A stretch of 64,000 nt of DNA from positions 186,001 through 250,000 of the forward strand of contig BROI01000013.1 of the NCBI GenBank assembly GCA_027923505.1, in the 5' to 3' direction. Shown here piece by piece: positions 12,314 to 25,200 of the stretch (the stretch's first letter is position 1; each line of letters begins with the position of its first letter). Source of the DNA: Mayamaea pseudoterrestris (lineage: Eukaryota). The notes beneath the pieces were generated by a model that searched no databases, was not told the origin of the DNA, and saw only the letters and a list, made by a program, of their open reading frames with translations. Both the position numbers and the translations under genes were made by a program.

Positions 12314-13547
12314 ATGTTCTCTCAATTCTCGCTCTTTGTCGCTACTTACTTGTTGGCATCATGCTCCTCGTTCGCACCTTCCGTCACGAGTAAGTCTTCG
12401 AGAAGATGACGCAATCGATACCCAATGAGCAGAGAGTGCATGGCTGCACCGCTCATGTTTGTTTGACTTGCAGTTGCAGCTTCATTCATGATCCCATGTG
12501 GCTGACTCAATTGCTTCTCCTTCTCTCAATGTTTCCATCACAGAGTCGGCAGGCTCTCACAGTCGTGGTTCTGTTTCAGTCCGACCCATCGGAGGACAAG
12601 CTTCCTCGTCAACGCAGCTGGCAATGGCGGCGAATGTTGACATGACGGGCAAGGTCGCCTTTATTGCTGGCGTTGCAGACTCGACGGGGTACGGATGGGC
12701 GATTGCCCGAGCCTTGGCGGACGCTGGTGCGACCATTATCGTCGGAACTTGGCCGCCAGTGCTCAAGATTTTTGAAATGGGAATCCGCAAGGGTAACTTT
12801 GACGAGGATTCGACTCTCAGTGACGGCTCAAAAATGGTGATTGAAAAGATATATCCATTGGACGCCGTATTTGATACACCCGACGATGTTCCTGAGGAAA
12901 TCAAAACGAACAAACGATACGCTGGACTCGACGGATTTACCATTTCCGAAGTCGCCAAGGCTGTCGAGGCCGACTACGGTAAAATTGACGTCCTCATCCA
13001 CTCACTCGCTAATGGACCTGAAGTTACCAAACCATTGCTGGAAACTTCGCGCAAAGGATACCTCGCGGCGTCCTCGGCATCAGCCTTCTCTGCCGTCAGT
13101 CTCCTACAAAAATTTGGACCAATCATGAACCCCAACAGTTCATTCGTCTCTCTCAGCTACATTGCATCCGAAAAGGTCATTCCTGGGTATGGCGGTGGCA
13201 TGTCCTCCGCCAAGGCACAGCTAGAGAGCGACACGCGAACCCTCGCTTTTGAAGCTGGTCGTAAATGGGGATGCCGGGTCAACACCATTTCGGCTGGACC
13301 TTTGAAATCACGGGCTGCGTCCGCTATTGGCAAGGAACCTGGTCAAAAGACTTTTATCGAACTAGCGATCGACTACTCTAAGGCAAATTCTCCGCTTGAC
13401 CAAGACTTGTACAATGACGACGTTGGCAATGCGGCCCTTTTCCTAGCCAGCCCACTTGCTCGTACAGTCACGGGTGTTACTCTTTACGTTGATAATGGTC
13501 TTCATGCTATGGGAATGGCGCTCGACAGTCAAGCCATGGTTCAGTAA
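12314..13547 (+). CDS. fabI: Plastid enoyl-ACP reductase; exons 12314-12389 and 12544-13547
   Basis: Motifs [40 protein letters not shown] and VNTISAGPL. Presequence MFSQF...CSSFAP. Intron gtaagt...ctgac...cacag keeps the frame. Confidence 0.93.
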
Positions 13548-13610
13548 AGCATAGGAGAGCTATCAAAATATCTAACCCTTTAGCAAATTTACAATACACA
13601 ATCATACTGG

Positions 13611-15116
13611 TCATGTTTTTGGTGCAGCTGCACTTAGCAAAACCCTTTGCGCAACACCAATGGCAGACATGGTTCGGAAAAAGATGTTGCGAAAGGATGA
13701 GTAGAAGCCATTATATCCACCTGTTTCTAAATATCCTAGTAACGACGCTTTCCAAAAAATTTGGAAGTTGGGCATCCATCGCGCCGATTCATACTCGTCA
13801 AGATACTTGGCTAGACTGACGACGCTTACGTCTCGCTCTGCCACTGCCTCGTTGTAACTCCGCAGTCGCTTCGCTAACGAATAAGCATCCTGAATCGCTT
13901 GATTCGACCCTTGCCCTAAGAAGGGAGGAAGGGCATGGGCAGCATCGCCACACAAGACGACAAATGCACCATCGGACCCGGATACTTCCTTGCTCCAACG
14001 ACAAAAGGGGTTGTGCGCGTATACTCCGAGCTCGAAGAACTGGTCTGCTCGCTGAACGGTTGCTAGTAAATCGTTTTCGGAAAGATTGGCATCCTGCAAT
14101 TGATGCATCATGACATGCCTAGCTCTTGTGGTTGCTTTGGCCTTATCTTGAGACCAATCAGCATCCTCATAAACAGCTTGGCTCTCCTTGCGCCTTCGAA
14201 AAGGTCCGAAGTAGTTTTCGTCCAAAAAAATGGCAAAGACGCTCTTGGTGACTGTTTTTGACGCCCCTCCGTACGTGCCATCCAAACAATAACAGCCATT
14301 GCCAAAGTACTGCGAGAAGGTGACTGGAAGAGTCGACGGACTCATTTTAGCGGCCTTCATCTGCACCGCATATCGAATACGAATGCCAGTGTAGAGACCC
14401 GTTTTCGAAATTTTGCTTCTTGCCGACTCATCGGAAATGCAGCCATTGTCGACGTATTCCTTGACGACGCTCTTGATACCGTCGCATCCAACCACCAAGT
14501 CGAAAGGGCCTACTTTGGAGCCATCCGAAAAGCTGCAATAGACTTGCTGGTTTAGTTCGACCCCGAGGTTCGTTAGTTTCTTATTAAAAATGACCCTACG
14601 TTGCATCTTCTTTTCCAGTGTGTCAAATAGCGTTTTCTGCAGCGTCCCTCTCATAATACTTGTCCAGAGAATTTTTCCGTCCGACTGCAATAGCTCTGTA
14701 GCTCCAGAGTTTTGCACAATTTCCTGTAGATTCAAATCAAGCAACGTTTCCAAGGTCCCTCCCTGGTTGCCCTCGTCCTTGAGTTTATTCCCTCTCCTCG
14801 TTCGAGTTCGAAGTCGCCTTAATGGCAATCCTGCACTAATGACTGCCTTTTGGACGCGAGGATTAATATCTCCAAGCACTTTGAGTCCGCCATTGAGTTG
14901 AATTCCAGCGCCGACGAGTGGATCTAGGTTGGGTCGATCGTCAAAAATGGAAATTTCCAAATCGGGGAGGAGCGACGACAACGCATGGGCGGAAGCAAGT
15001 CCTGCAATTCCGGATCCGATGATTGCTACTTTCTTTAATGGTCTAGGTTTATTGCGACTTAGTGCCGAGCAAAAATGGCCGAAAAGAGCCGCAGTCAAGC
15101 ACTTCCTCATGCTCAT
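13611..15116 (-). CDS. FAD-dependent monooxygenase (zeaxanthin epoxidase/salicylate hydroxylase-like class A flavoprotein)
   Basis: GxGxxG (IIGSGIAGL), DG motif (VVGCDGIKS) and GD motif (LCGDAAHALPPFLGQG). N-terminal presequence-like stretch. Confidence 0.85.
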   Translation of the reverse strand: MSMRKCLTAALFGHFCSALSRNKPRPLKKVAIIGSGIAGLASAHALSSLLPDLEISIFDDRPNLDPLVGAGIQLNGGLKVLGDINPRVQKAVISAGLPLRRLRTRTRRGNKLKDEGNQGGTLETLLDLNLQEIVQNSGATELLQSDGKILWTSIMRGTLQKTLFDTLEKKMQRRVIFNKKLTNLGVELNQQVYCSFSDGSKVGPFDLVVGCDGIKSVVKEYVDNGCISDESARSKISKTGLYTGIRIRYAVQMKAAKMSPSTLPVTFSQYFGNGCYCLDGTYGGASKTVTKSVFAIFLDENYFGPFRRRKESQAVYEDADWSQDKAKATTRARHVMMHQLQDANLSENDLLATVQRADQFFELGVYAHNPFCRWSKEVSGSDGAFVVLCGDAAHALPPFLGQGSNQAIQDAYSLAKRLRSYNEAVAERDVSVVSLAKYLDEYESARWMPNFQIFWKASLLGYLETGGYNGFYSSFRNIFFRTMSAIGVAQRVLLSAAAPKT

Positions 15117-15630
15117 GGTGCACGTAGTGATTCCTCGGAGCTCGGAGCAAATCCAAACATGATGTATTCGTGCAGTCCATGAGTACTCGTGCCTGCACAG
15201 TATCATCCATAGTGAGAGGAGATTGTATGTTGAAAGCTAACATTAATGACTGTTTTTATTATGTCTCCTCGATGAGAATGAGTCATATCATTAAGTACGT
15301 CAGCCATACATAGCCCTTTGGCACGATCGACAGTACTCTGTAAGCGACACTGACACCTCGAGGCACTCGCCGTCCTCGCACTATATTATTATGGTTTGTG
15401 GCCGCTACGTTTTGCGGGAGAATTAATCCGCGGGAATACCAAACAACGGGGTTGCCTCTACCGGGGCGCGGCTTCTTTGTGTAGCGCCGGCGCCGTTGTT
15501 CGGGAAAAGTGGTTTTGGCCGGCATCAACGGGAAAGGCGGCAACTTACAGTTAATACTGCCACTACATTTGCCGCTAGCGTTCTGCATACCTCCGCGTAA
15601 TACTGACAATTCTGTAAGAATTAACAGTAA

Positions 15631-16251
15631 ATGATTAACCGAAAATGTTCAGTCATCGCTGTCAGTGCAGTGATAATGCTAGCAAACGTCGCTGTCTTTG
15701 CGATGCCGACAACAATTTCGACGGAACATGAGAAACGAGGACCCAAAGATTACCTTGAACAAGGCGACACCTTTCTAATGATGAATGCGTACGACGAAGC
15801 AATTGCTGCATACAAAAAAGGACTGGCTCTGTTGCCATCAACTGACTCACCGGTCATTGCTCTTAGTCTACAAACCAATCTGGGCTCGGCGCAGTACACT
15901 TTAGAATTACTCGACGACGCTGCTGCTTCTTATCAAGGCGCCTTGGTTGCCTTTCAGACAAGCATGGAACACAGAGCATTTGACGAAAACGAAAAAGGAG
16001 ATTTGACGGCTATTGCTGCATCGGCTGCCTTTTACCTAGGCATGGTGTATCAAGACCGAAAGGAATCGCAAGATGCAGTGGAAGTTACAAGAGTGTTCCT
16101 GCACCCCATGGTTGGCAAAACATGTCCAGGGTATGCATTGACAGGGCATAGTCTCCATTGGTGCAGGACGCCATGGGTATGGCCAAAACCACAAGTTGCA
16201 GATTCTTCCCTGTCAAACGCCCCATGCCCTGGCCACCCAAATACCCAATGA
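15631..16251 (+). CDS. Signal-peptide TPR protein; native-looking sequence ends at ~16090 and the ORF reads into the satellite (possibly truncated or a pseudogene)
   Basis: Hydrophobic N-terminus and TPR-like helices (YLEQGDTFLMMNAYDEAIAAYKKGL; TNLGSAQYTLELLDDAAASYQGAL; AAFYLGMVYQD). The C-terminal ~50 aa are satellite-derived. Confidence 0.6.
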   Translation: MINRKCSVIAVSAVIMLANVAVFAMPTTISTEHEKRGPKDYLEQGDTFLMMNAYDEAIAAYKKGLALLPSTDSPVIALSLQTNLGSAQYTLELLDDAAASYQGALVAFQTSMEHRAFDENEKGDLTAIAASAAFYLGMVYQDRKESQDAVEVTRVFLHPMVGKTCPGYALTGHSLHWCRTPWVWPKPQVADSSLSNAPCPGHPNTQ

Positions 16252-19200
16252 GTCAGGCAAAACATGTCCAGGGGATGCCATTGACAGGTGCAGAGTCTCA
16301 AATGGTGCAAAAAGACTGCCTGGAGGCTGACAACATGGGTACGGCCTCCACTGTGGGTATGGCCAACACCACAAGTTGCAGATTCTTCCCTGTCAAACGC
16401 CCCATGCCCTGGCCACCCAAATACCCAATGAGTCAGGCAAAACATGTCCAGGGTATGCCATTGACAGGTGCAGAGTCTCAAATGGTGCAAAAAGGACTGC
16501 CTGGAGGCTGACAACATGGGTACGGCCTCCACTGTGGGTATGGCCAACACCACAAGTTGCAGATTCTTCCCTGTCAAACGCCCCATGCCCTGGCCACCCA
16601 AATACCCAATGAGTCAGGCAAAACATGTCCAGGGTATGCCATTGACAGGTGCAAAGTCTCAAATGGTGCAAAAAGGACTGCCTGGAGGCTGACAACATGG
16701 GTACGGCCTCCACTGTGGGTATGGCCAACACCACAAGTTGCAGATTCCTTCCTGTCAAACGCCCCATGCCCTGGCCACCCAAATACCCAATGAGTCAGGC
16801 AAAACATGTCCAGGGTATGCCATTGACAGGTGCAGAGTCTCAAATGGTGCAAAAGGACTGCCTGGAGGCTGACACCATGGGTACGGCCTCCACTGTGGGT
16901 ATGGCCAACACCACAAGTTGCAGATTCTTCCCTGTCAAACGCCCCATGCCCTGGCCACCCAAATACCCAATGAGTCAGGCAAAACATGTCCAGGGTATGC
17001 CATTGACAGGTGCAGAGTCTCAAATGGTGCAAAAAGGACTGCCTGGAGGCTGACACCATGGGTACGGCCTCCACTGTGGGTATGGCCAACACCACAAGTT
17101 GCAGATTCTTCCCTGTCAAACGCCCCATGCCCTGGCCACCCAAATACCCAATGAGTCAGGCAAAACATGTCCAGGGTATGCCATTGACAGGTGCAGAGTC
17201 TCAAATGGTGCAAAAGGACTGCCTGGAGGCTGACACCATGGGTACGGCCTCCACTGTGGGTATGGCCAACACCACAAGTTGCAGATTCTTCCCTGTCAAA
17301 CGCCCCATGCCCTGGCCACCCAAATACCCAATGAGTCAGGCAAAACATGTCCAGGGTATGCCATTGACAGGTGCAGAGTCTCAAATGGTGCAAAAAGGAC
17401 TGCCTGGAGGCTGACACCATGGGTACGGCCTCCACTGTGGGTATGGCCAACACCACAAGTTGCAGATTCTTCCCTGTCAAACGCCCCATGCCCTGGCCAC
17501 CCAAATACCCAATGAGTCAGGCAAAACATGTCCAGGGTATGCCATTGACAGGTGCAGAGTCTCAAATGGTGCAAAAAGGACTGCCTGGAGGCTGACACCA
17601 TGGGTACGGCCTCCACTGTGGGTATGGCCAACACCACAAGTTGCAGATTCTTCCCTGTCAAACGCCCCATGCCCTGGCCACCCAAATACCCAATGAGTCA
17701 GGCAAAACATGTCCAGGGTATGCCATTGACAGGTGCAGAGTCTCAAATGGTGCAAAAAGGACTGCCTGGAGGCTGACACCATGGGTACGGCCTCCACTGT
17801 GGGTATGGCCAACACCACAAGTTGCAGATTCTTCCCTGTCAAACGCCCCATGCCCTGGCCACCCAAATACCCAATGAGTCAGGCAAAACATGTCCAGGGT
17901 ATGCCATTGACAGGTGCAGAGTCTCAAATGGTGCAAAAAGGACTGCCTGGAGGCTGACAACATGGGTACGGCCTCCACTGTGGGTATGGCCAACACCACA
18001 AGTTGCAGATTCTTCCCTGTCAAACGCCCCATGCCCTGGCCACCCAAATACCCAATGAGTCAGGCAAAACATGTCCAGGGTATGCCATTGACAGGTGCAG
18101 AGTCTCAAATGGTGCAAAAAGGACTGCCTGGAGGCTGACACCATGGGTACGGCCTCCACTGTGGGTATGGCCAACACCACAAGTTGCAGATTCTTCCCTG
18201 TCAAACGCCCCATGCCCTGGCCACCCAAATACCCAATGAGTCAGGCAAAACATGTCCAGGGTATGCCATTGACAGGTGCAGAGTCTCAAATGGTGCAAAA
18301 AGGACTGCCTGGAGGCTGACACCATGGGTACGGCCTCCACTGTGGGTATGGCCAACACCACAAGTTGCAGATTCTTCCCTGTCAAACGCCCCATGCCCTG
18401 GCCACCCAAATACCCAATGAGTCAGGCAAAACATGTCCAGGGTATGCCATTGACAGGTGCAGAGTCTCAAATGGTGCAAAAAGGACTGCCTGGAGGCTGA
18501 CAACATGGGTACGGCCTCCACTGTGGGTATGGCCAACACCACAAGTTGCAGATTCTTCCCTGTCAAACGCCCCATGCCCTGGCCACCCAAATACCCAATG
18601 AGTCAGGCAAAACATGTCCAGGGTATGCCATTGACAGGTGCAGAGTCTCAAATGGTGCAAAAAGGACTGCCTGGAGGCTGACACCATGGGTACGGCCTCC
18701 ACTGTGGGTATGGCCAACACCACAAGTTGCAGATTCTTCCCTGTCAAACGCCCCATGCCCTGGCCACCCAAATACCCAATGAGTCAGGCAAAACATGTCC
18801 AGGGTATGCCATTGACAGGTGCAGAGTCTCAAATGGTGCAAAAAGGACTGCCTGGAGGCTGACACCATGGGTACGGCCTCCACTGTGGGTATGGCCAACA
18901 CCACAAGTTGCAGATTCTTCCCTGTCAAACGCCCCATGCCCTGGCCACCCAAATACCCAATGAGTCAGGCAAAACATGTCCAGGGTATGCCATTGACAGG
19001 TGCAGAGTCTCAAATGGTGCAAAAAGGACTGCCTGGAGGCTGACACCATGGGTACGGCCTCCACTGTGGGTATGGCCAACACCACAAGTTGCAGATTCTT
19101 CCCTGTCAAACGCCCCATGCCCTGGCCACCCAAATACCCAATGAGTCAGGCAAAACATGTCCAGGGTATGCCATTGACAGGTGCAGAGTCTCAAATGGTG

Positions 19201-22200
19201 CAAAAAGGACTGCCTGGAGGCTGACACCATGGGTACGGCCTCCACTGTGGGTATGGCCAACACCACAAGTTGCAGATTCTTCCCTGTCAAACGCCCCATG
19301 CCCTGGCCACCCAAATACCCAATGAGTCAGGCAAAACATGTCCAGGGTATGCCATTGACAGGTGCAGAGTCTCAAATGGTGCAAAAAGGACTGCCTGGAG
19401 GCTGACACCATGGGTACGGCCTCCACTGTGGGTATGGCCAACACCACAAGTTGCAGATTCTTCCCTGTCAAACGCCCCATGCCCTGGCCACCCAAATACC
19501 CAATGAGTCAGGCAAAACATGTCCAGGGTATGCCATTGACAGGTGCAGAGTCTCAAATGGTGCAAAAGGACTGCCTGGAGGCTGACACCATGGGTACGGC
19601 CTCCACTGTGGGTATGGCCAACACCACAAGTTGCAGATTCTTCCCTGTCAAACGCCCCATGCCCTGGCCACCCAAATACCCAATGAGTCAGGCAAAACAT
19701 GTCCAGGGTATGCCATTGACAGGTGCAGAGTCTCAAATGGTGCAAAAAGGACTGCCTGGAGGCTGACACCATGGGTACGGCCTCCACTGTGGGTGTGGCC
19801 AACACCACAAGTTGCAGATTCTTCCCTGTCAAACGCCCCATGCCCTGGCCACCCAAATACCCAATGAGTCAGGCAAAACATGTCCAGGGGATGCCATTGA
19901 CAGGTGCAGAGTCTCAAATGGTGCAAAAAGGACTGCCTGGAGGCTGACAACATGGGTACGGCCTCCACTGTGGGTATGGCCAACACCACAAGTTGCAGAT
20001 TCTTCCCTGTCAAACGCCCCATGCCCTGGCAACCCCAATACCCAATGAGTCAGGCAAAACATGTCCAGGGTATGCCATTGACAGGTGCAGAGTCTCAAAT
20101 GGTGCAAAAAGGACTGCCTGGAGGCTGACAACATGGGTACGGCCTCCACTGTGGGTATGGCCAACACCACAAGTTGCAGATTCTTCCCTGTCAAACGCCC
20201 CATGCCCTGGCCACCCAAATACCCAATGAGTCAGGCAAAACATGTCCAGGGTATGCCATTGACAGGTGCAGAGTCTCAAATGGTGCAAAAAGGACTGCCT
20301 GGAGGCTGACACCATGGGTACGGCCTCCACTGTGGGTATGGCCAACACCACAAGTTGCAGATTCTTCCCTGTCAAACGCCCCATGCCCTGGCCACCCAAA
20401 TACCCAATGAGTCAGGCAAAACATGTCCAGGGTATGCCATTGACAGGTGCAGAGTCTCAAATGGTGCAAAAAGGACTGCCTGGAGGCTGACACCATGGGT
20501 ACGGCCTCCACTGTGGGTATGGCCAACACCACAAGTTGCAGATTCTTCCCTGTCAAACGCCCCATGCCCTGGCCACCCAAATACCCAATGAGTCAGGCAA
20601 AACATGTCCAGGGTATGCCATTGACAGGTGCAGAGTCTCAAATGGTGCAAAAAGGACTGCCTGGAGGCTGACACCATGGGTACGGCCTCCACTGTGGGTA
20701 TGGCCAACACCACAAGTTGCAGATTCTTCCCTGTCAAACGCCCCATGCCCTGGCCACCCAAATACCCAATGAGTCAGGCAAAACATGTCCAGGGTATGCC
20801 ATTGACAGGTGCAGAGTCTCAAATGGTGCAAAAAGGACTGCCTGGAGGCTGACAACATGGGTACGGCCTCCACTGTGGGTATGGCCAACACCACAAGTTG
20901 CAGATTCTTCCCTGTCAAACGCCCCATGCCCTGGCCACCCAAATACCCAATGAGTCAGGCAAAACATGTCCAGGGTATGCCATTGACAGGTGCATAGTCT
21001 CAAATGGTGCAAAAGGACTGCCTGGAGGCTGACAACATGGGTACGGCCTCCACTGTGGGTATGGCCAACACCACAAGTTGCAGATTCTTCCCTGTCAAAC
21101 GCCCCATGCCCTGGCCACCCAAATACCCAATGAGTCAGGCAAAACATGTCCAGGGTATGCCATTGACAGGTGCAGAGTCTCAAATGGTGCCAAAAGGACT
21201 GCCTGGAGGCTGACACCATGGGTACGGCCTCCACTGTGGGTATGGCCAACACCACAAGTTGCAGATTCTTCCCTGTCAAACGCCCCATGCCCTGGCCACC
21301 CAAATACCCAATGAGTCAGGCAAAACATGTCCAGGGTATGCCATTGACAGGTGCAGAGTCTCAAATGGTGCAAAAAGGACTGCCTGGAGGCTGACACCAT
21401 GGGTACGGCCTCCACTGTGGGTATGGCCAACACCACAAGTTGCAGATTCTTCCCTGTCAAACGCCCCATGCCCTGGCCACCCAAATACCCAATGAGTCAG
21501 GCAAAACATGTCCAGGGTATGCCATTGACAGGTGCAGAGTCTCAAATGGTGCAAAAAGGACTGCCTGGAGGCTAACACCATGGGTACGGCCTCCACTGTG
21601 GGTATGGCCAACACCACAAGTTGCAGATTCTTCCCTGTCAAACGCCCCATGCCCTGGCCACCCAAATACCCAATGAGTCAGGCAAAACATGTCCAGGGTA
21701 TGCCATTGACAGGTGCAGAGTCTCAAATGGTGCAAAAAGGACTGCCTGGAGGCTGACACCATGGGTACGGCCTCCACTGTGGGTATGGCCAACACCACAA
21801 GTTGCAGATTCTTCCCTGTCAAACGCCCCATGCCCTGGCCACCCAAATACCCAATGAGTCAGGCAAAACATGTCCAGGGTATGCCATTGACAGGTGCAGA
21901 GTCTCAAATGGTGCAAAAAGGACTGCCTGGAGGCTGACAACATGGGTACGGCCTCCACTGTGGGTATGGCCAACACCACAAGTTGCAGATTCTTCCCTGT
22001 CAAACGCCCCATGCCCTGGCCACCCAAATACCCAATGAGTCAGGCAAAACATGTCCAGGGTATGCCATTGACAGGTGCAGAGTCTCAAATGGTGCAAAAG
22101 GACTGCCTGGAGGCTGACACCATGGGTACGGCCTCCACTGTGGGTATGGCCAACACCACAAGTTGCAGATTCTTCCCTGTCAAACGCCCCATGCCCTGGC

Positions 22201-25200
22201 CACCCAAATACCCAATGAGTCAGGCAAAACATGTCCAGGGTATGCCATTGACAGGTGCAGAGTCTCAAATGGTGCAAAAGGACTGCCTGGAGGCTGACAA
22301 CATGGGTACGGCCTCCACTGTGGGTATGGCCAACACCACAAGTTGCAGATTCTTCCCTGTCAAACGCCCCATGCCCTGGCCACCCAAATACCCAATGAGT
22401 CAGGCAAAACATGTCCAGGGTATGCCATTGACAGGTGCAGAGTCTCAAATGGTGCAAAAGGACTGCCTGGAGGCTGACACCATGGGTACGGCCTCCACTG
22501 TGGGTATGGCCAACACCACAAGTTGCAGATTCTTCCCTGTCAAACGCCCCATGCCCTGGCCACCCAAATACCCAATGAGTCAGGCAAAACATGTCCAGGG
22601 TATGCCATTGACAGGTGCATAGTCTCAAATGGTGCAAAAAGGACTGCCTGGAGGCTGACACCATGGGTACGGCCTCCACTGTGGGTATGGCCAACACCAC
22701 AAGTTGCAGATTCTTCCCTGTCAAACGCCCCATGCCCTGGCCACCCAAATACCCAATGAGTCAGGCAAAACATGTCCAGGGTATGCCATTGACAGGTGCA
22801 GAGTCTCAAATGGTGCAAAAAGGACTGCCTGGAGGCTGACACCATGGGCACGGCCTCCACTGTGGGTATGGCCAACACCACAAGTTGCAGATTCTTCCCT
22901 GTCAAACGCCCCATGCCCTGGCCACCCAAATACCCAATGAGTCAGGCAAAACATGTCCAGGGTATGCCATTGACAGGTGCAGAGTCTCAAATGGTGCAAA
23001 AGGACTGCCTGGAGGCTGACACCATGGGTACGGCCTCCACTGTGGGTATGGCCAACACCACAAGTTGCAGATCCTTCCCTGTCAAACGCCCCATGCCCTG
23101 GCCACCCAAATACCCAATGAGTCAGGCAAAACATGTCCAGGGTATGCCATTGACAGGTGCATAGTCTCAAATGGTGCAAAAGGACTGCCTGGAGGCTGAC
23201 ACCATGGGTACGGCCTCCACTGTGGGTATGGCCAACACCACAAGTTGCAGATTCTTCCCTGTCAAACGCCCCATGCCCTGGCCACCCAAATACCCAATGA
23301 GTCAGGCAAAACATGTCCAGGGTATGCCATTGACAGGTGCATAGTCTCAAATGGTGCAAAAATGGACTGCCTGGAGGCTGACACCATGGGTACGGCCTCC
23401 ACTGTGGGTATGGCCAACACCACAAGTTGCAGATTCTTCCCTGTCAAACGCCCCATGCCCTGGCCACCCAAATACCCAATGAGTCAGGCAAAACATGTCC
23501 AGGGTATGCCATTGACAGGTGCAGAGTCTCAAATGGTGCAAAAGGGACTGCCTGGAGGCTGAGAACCATGGTACGGCCTCCACTGTGGGTATGGCCAACA
23601 CCACAAGTTGCAGATTCTTCCCTGTCAAACGCCCCATGCCCTGGCCACCCAAATACCCAATGAGTCAGGCAAAACATGTCCAGGGTAGGCCATTGACAGG
23701 TGCATAGTCTCAAATGGTGCAAAAAGGACTGCCTGGAGGCTGACAACATGGGTACGGCCTCCACTGTGGGTATGGCCAACACCACAAGTTGCAGATTCTT
23801 CCCTGTCAAACGCCCCATGCCCTGGCCACCCAAATACCCAATGAGTCAGGCAAAACATGTCCAGGGTATGCCATTGACAGGTGCAGAGTCTCAAATGGTG
23901 CAAAAAGGACTGCCTGGAGGCTGACACCATGGGTACGGCCTCCACTGTGGGTATGGCCAACACCACAAGTTGCAGATTCTTCCCTGTCAAACGCCCCATG
24001 CCCTGGCCACCCAAATACCCAATGAGTCAGGCAAAACATGTCCAGGGTATGCCATTGACAGGTGCATAGTCTCAAATGGTGCAAAATAGAATGCCTGGAG
24101 GCTGACAACATGGGTACGGCCTCCACTGTGGGTATGGCCAACACCACAAGTTGCAGATTCTTCCCTGTCAAACGCCCCATGCCCTGGCCACCCAAATACC
24201 CAATGAGTCAGGCAAAACATGTCCAGGGTATGCCATTGACAGGTGCATAGTCTCAAATGGTGCAAAAAGGACTGCCTGGAGGCTGACACACATGGGTACA
24301 GCCTCCACTGTGGGTATGGCCAACACCACAAGTTGCAGATTCTTCCCTGTCAAACGCCCCATGCCCTGGCCACCCAAATACCCAATGAGTCAGGCAAAAC
24401 ATGTCCAGGGTATGCCATTGACAGGTGCATAGTCTCAAATGGTGCAAAAAGGACTGCCTGGAGGCTGACACCATGGGTACGGCCTCCACTGTGGGTATGG
24501 CCAACACCACAAGTTGCAGATTCTTCCCTGTCAAACGCCCCATGCCCTGGCCACCCAAATACCCAATGAGTCAGGCAAAACATGTCCAGGGTATGCCATT
24601 GACAGGTGCAGAGTCTCAAATGGTGCAAAAAGGACTGCCTGGAGGCTGACACCATGGGTACGGCCTCCACTGTGGGTATGGCCAACACCACAAGTTGCAG
24701 ATTCTTCCCTGTCAAACGCCCCATGCCCTGGCCACCCAAATACCCAATGAGTCAGGCAAAACATGTCCAGGGTATGCCATTGACAGGTGCAGAGTCTCAA
24801 ATGGTGCAAAAAGGACTGCCTGGAGGCTGACACCATGGGTACGGCCTCCACTGTGGGTATGGCCAACACCACAAGTTGCAGATTCTTCCCTGTCAAACGC
24901 CCCATGCCCTGGCCACCCAAATACCCAATGAGTCAGGCAAAACATGTCCAGGGTATGCCATTGACAGGTGCATAGTCTCAAATGGTGCAAAAGGACTGCC
25001 TGGAGGCTGACACCATGGGTACGGCCTCCACTGTGGGTATGGCCAACACCACAAGTTGCAGATTCTTCCCTGTCAAACGCCCCATGCCCTGGCCACCCAA
25101 ATACCCAATGAGTCAGGCAAAACATGTCCAGGGGATGCCATTGACAGGTGCAGAGTCTCAAATGGTGCAAAAAGGACTGCCTGGAGGCTGACAACATGGG

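Noticed and set aside
4702..15116. Metabolic gene cluster (DGAT1, aroC, fabI, monooxygenase)
   Set aside because: These belong to different pathways and compartments with mixed orientations; such proximity is expected in a compact genome.
16082..16092. aagttacaaga at the gene/satellite junction equals the reverse complement of the LTR/PBS junction at 45021-45031
   Set aside because: Only 11 bp with no further LTR similarity; chance cannot be excluded.
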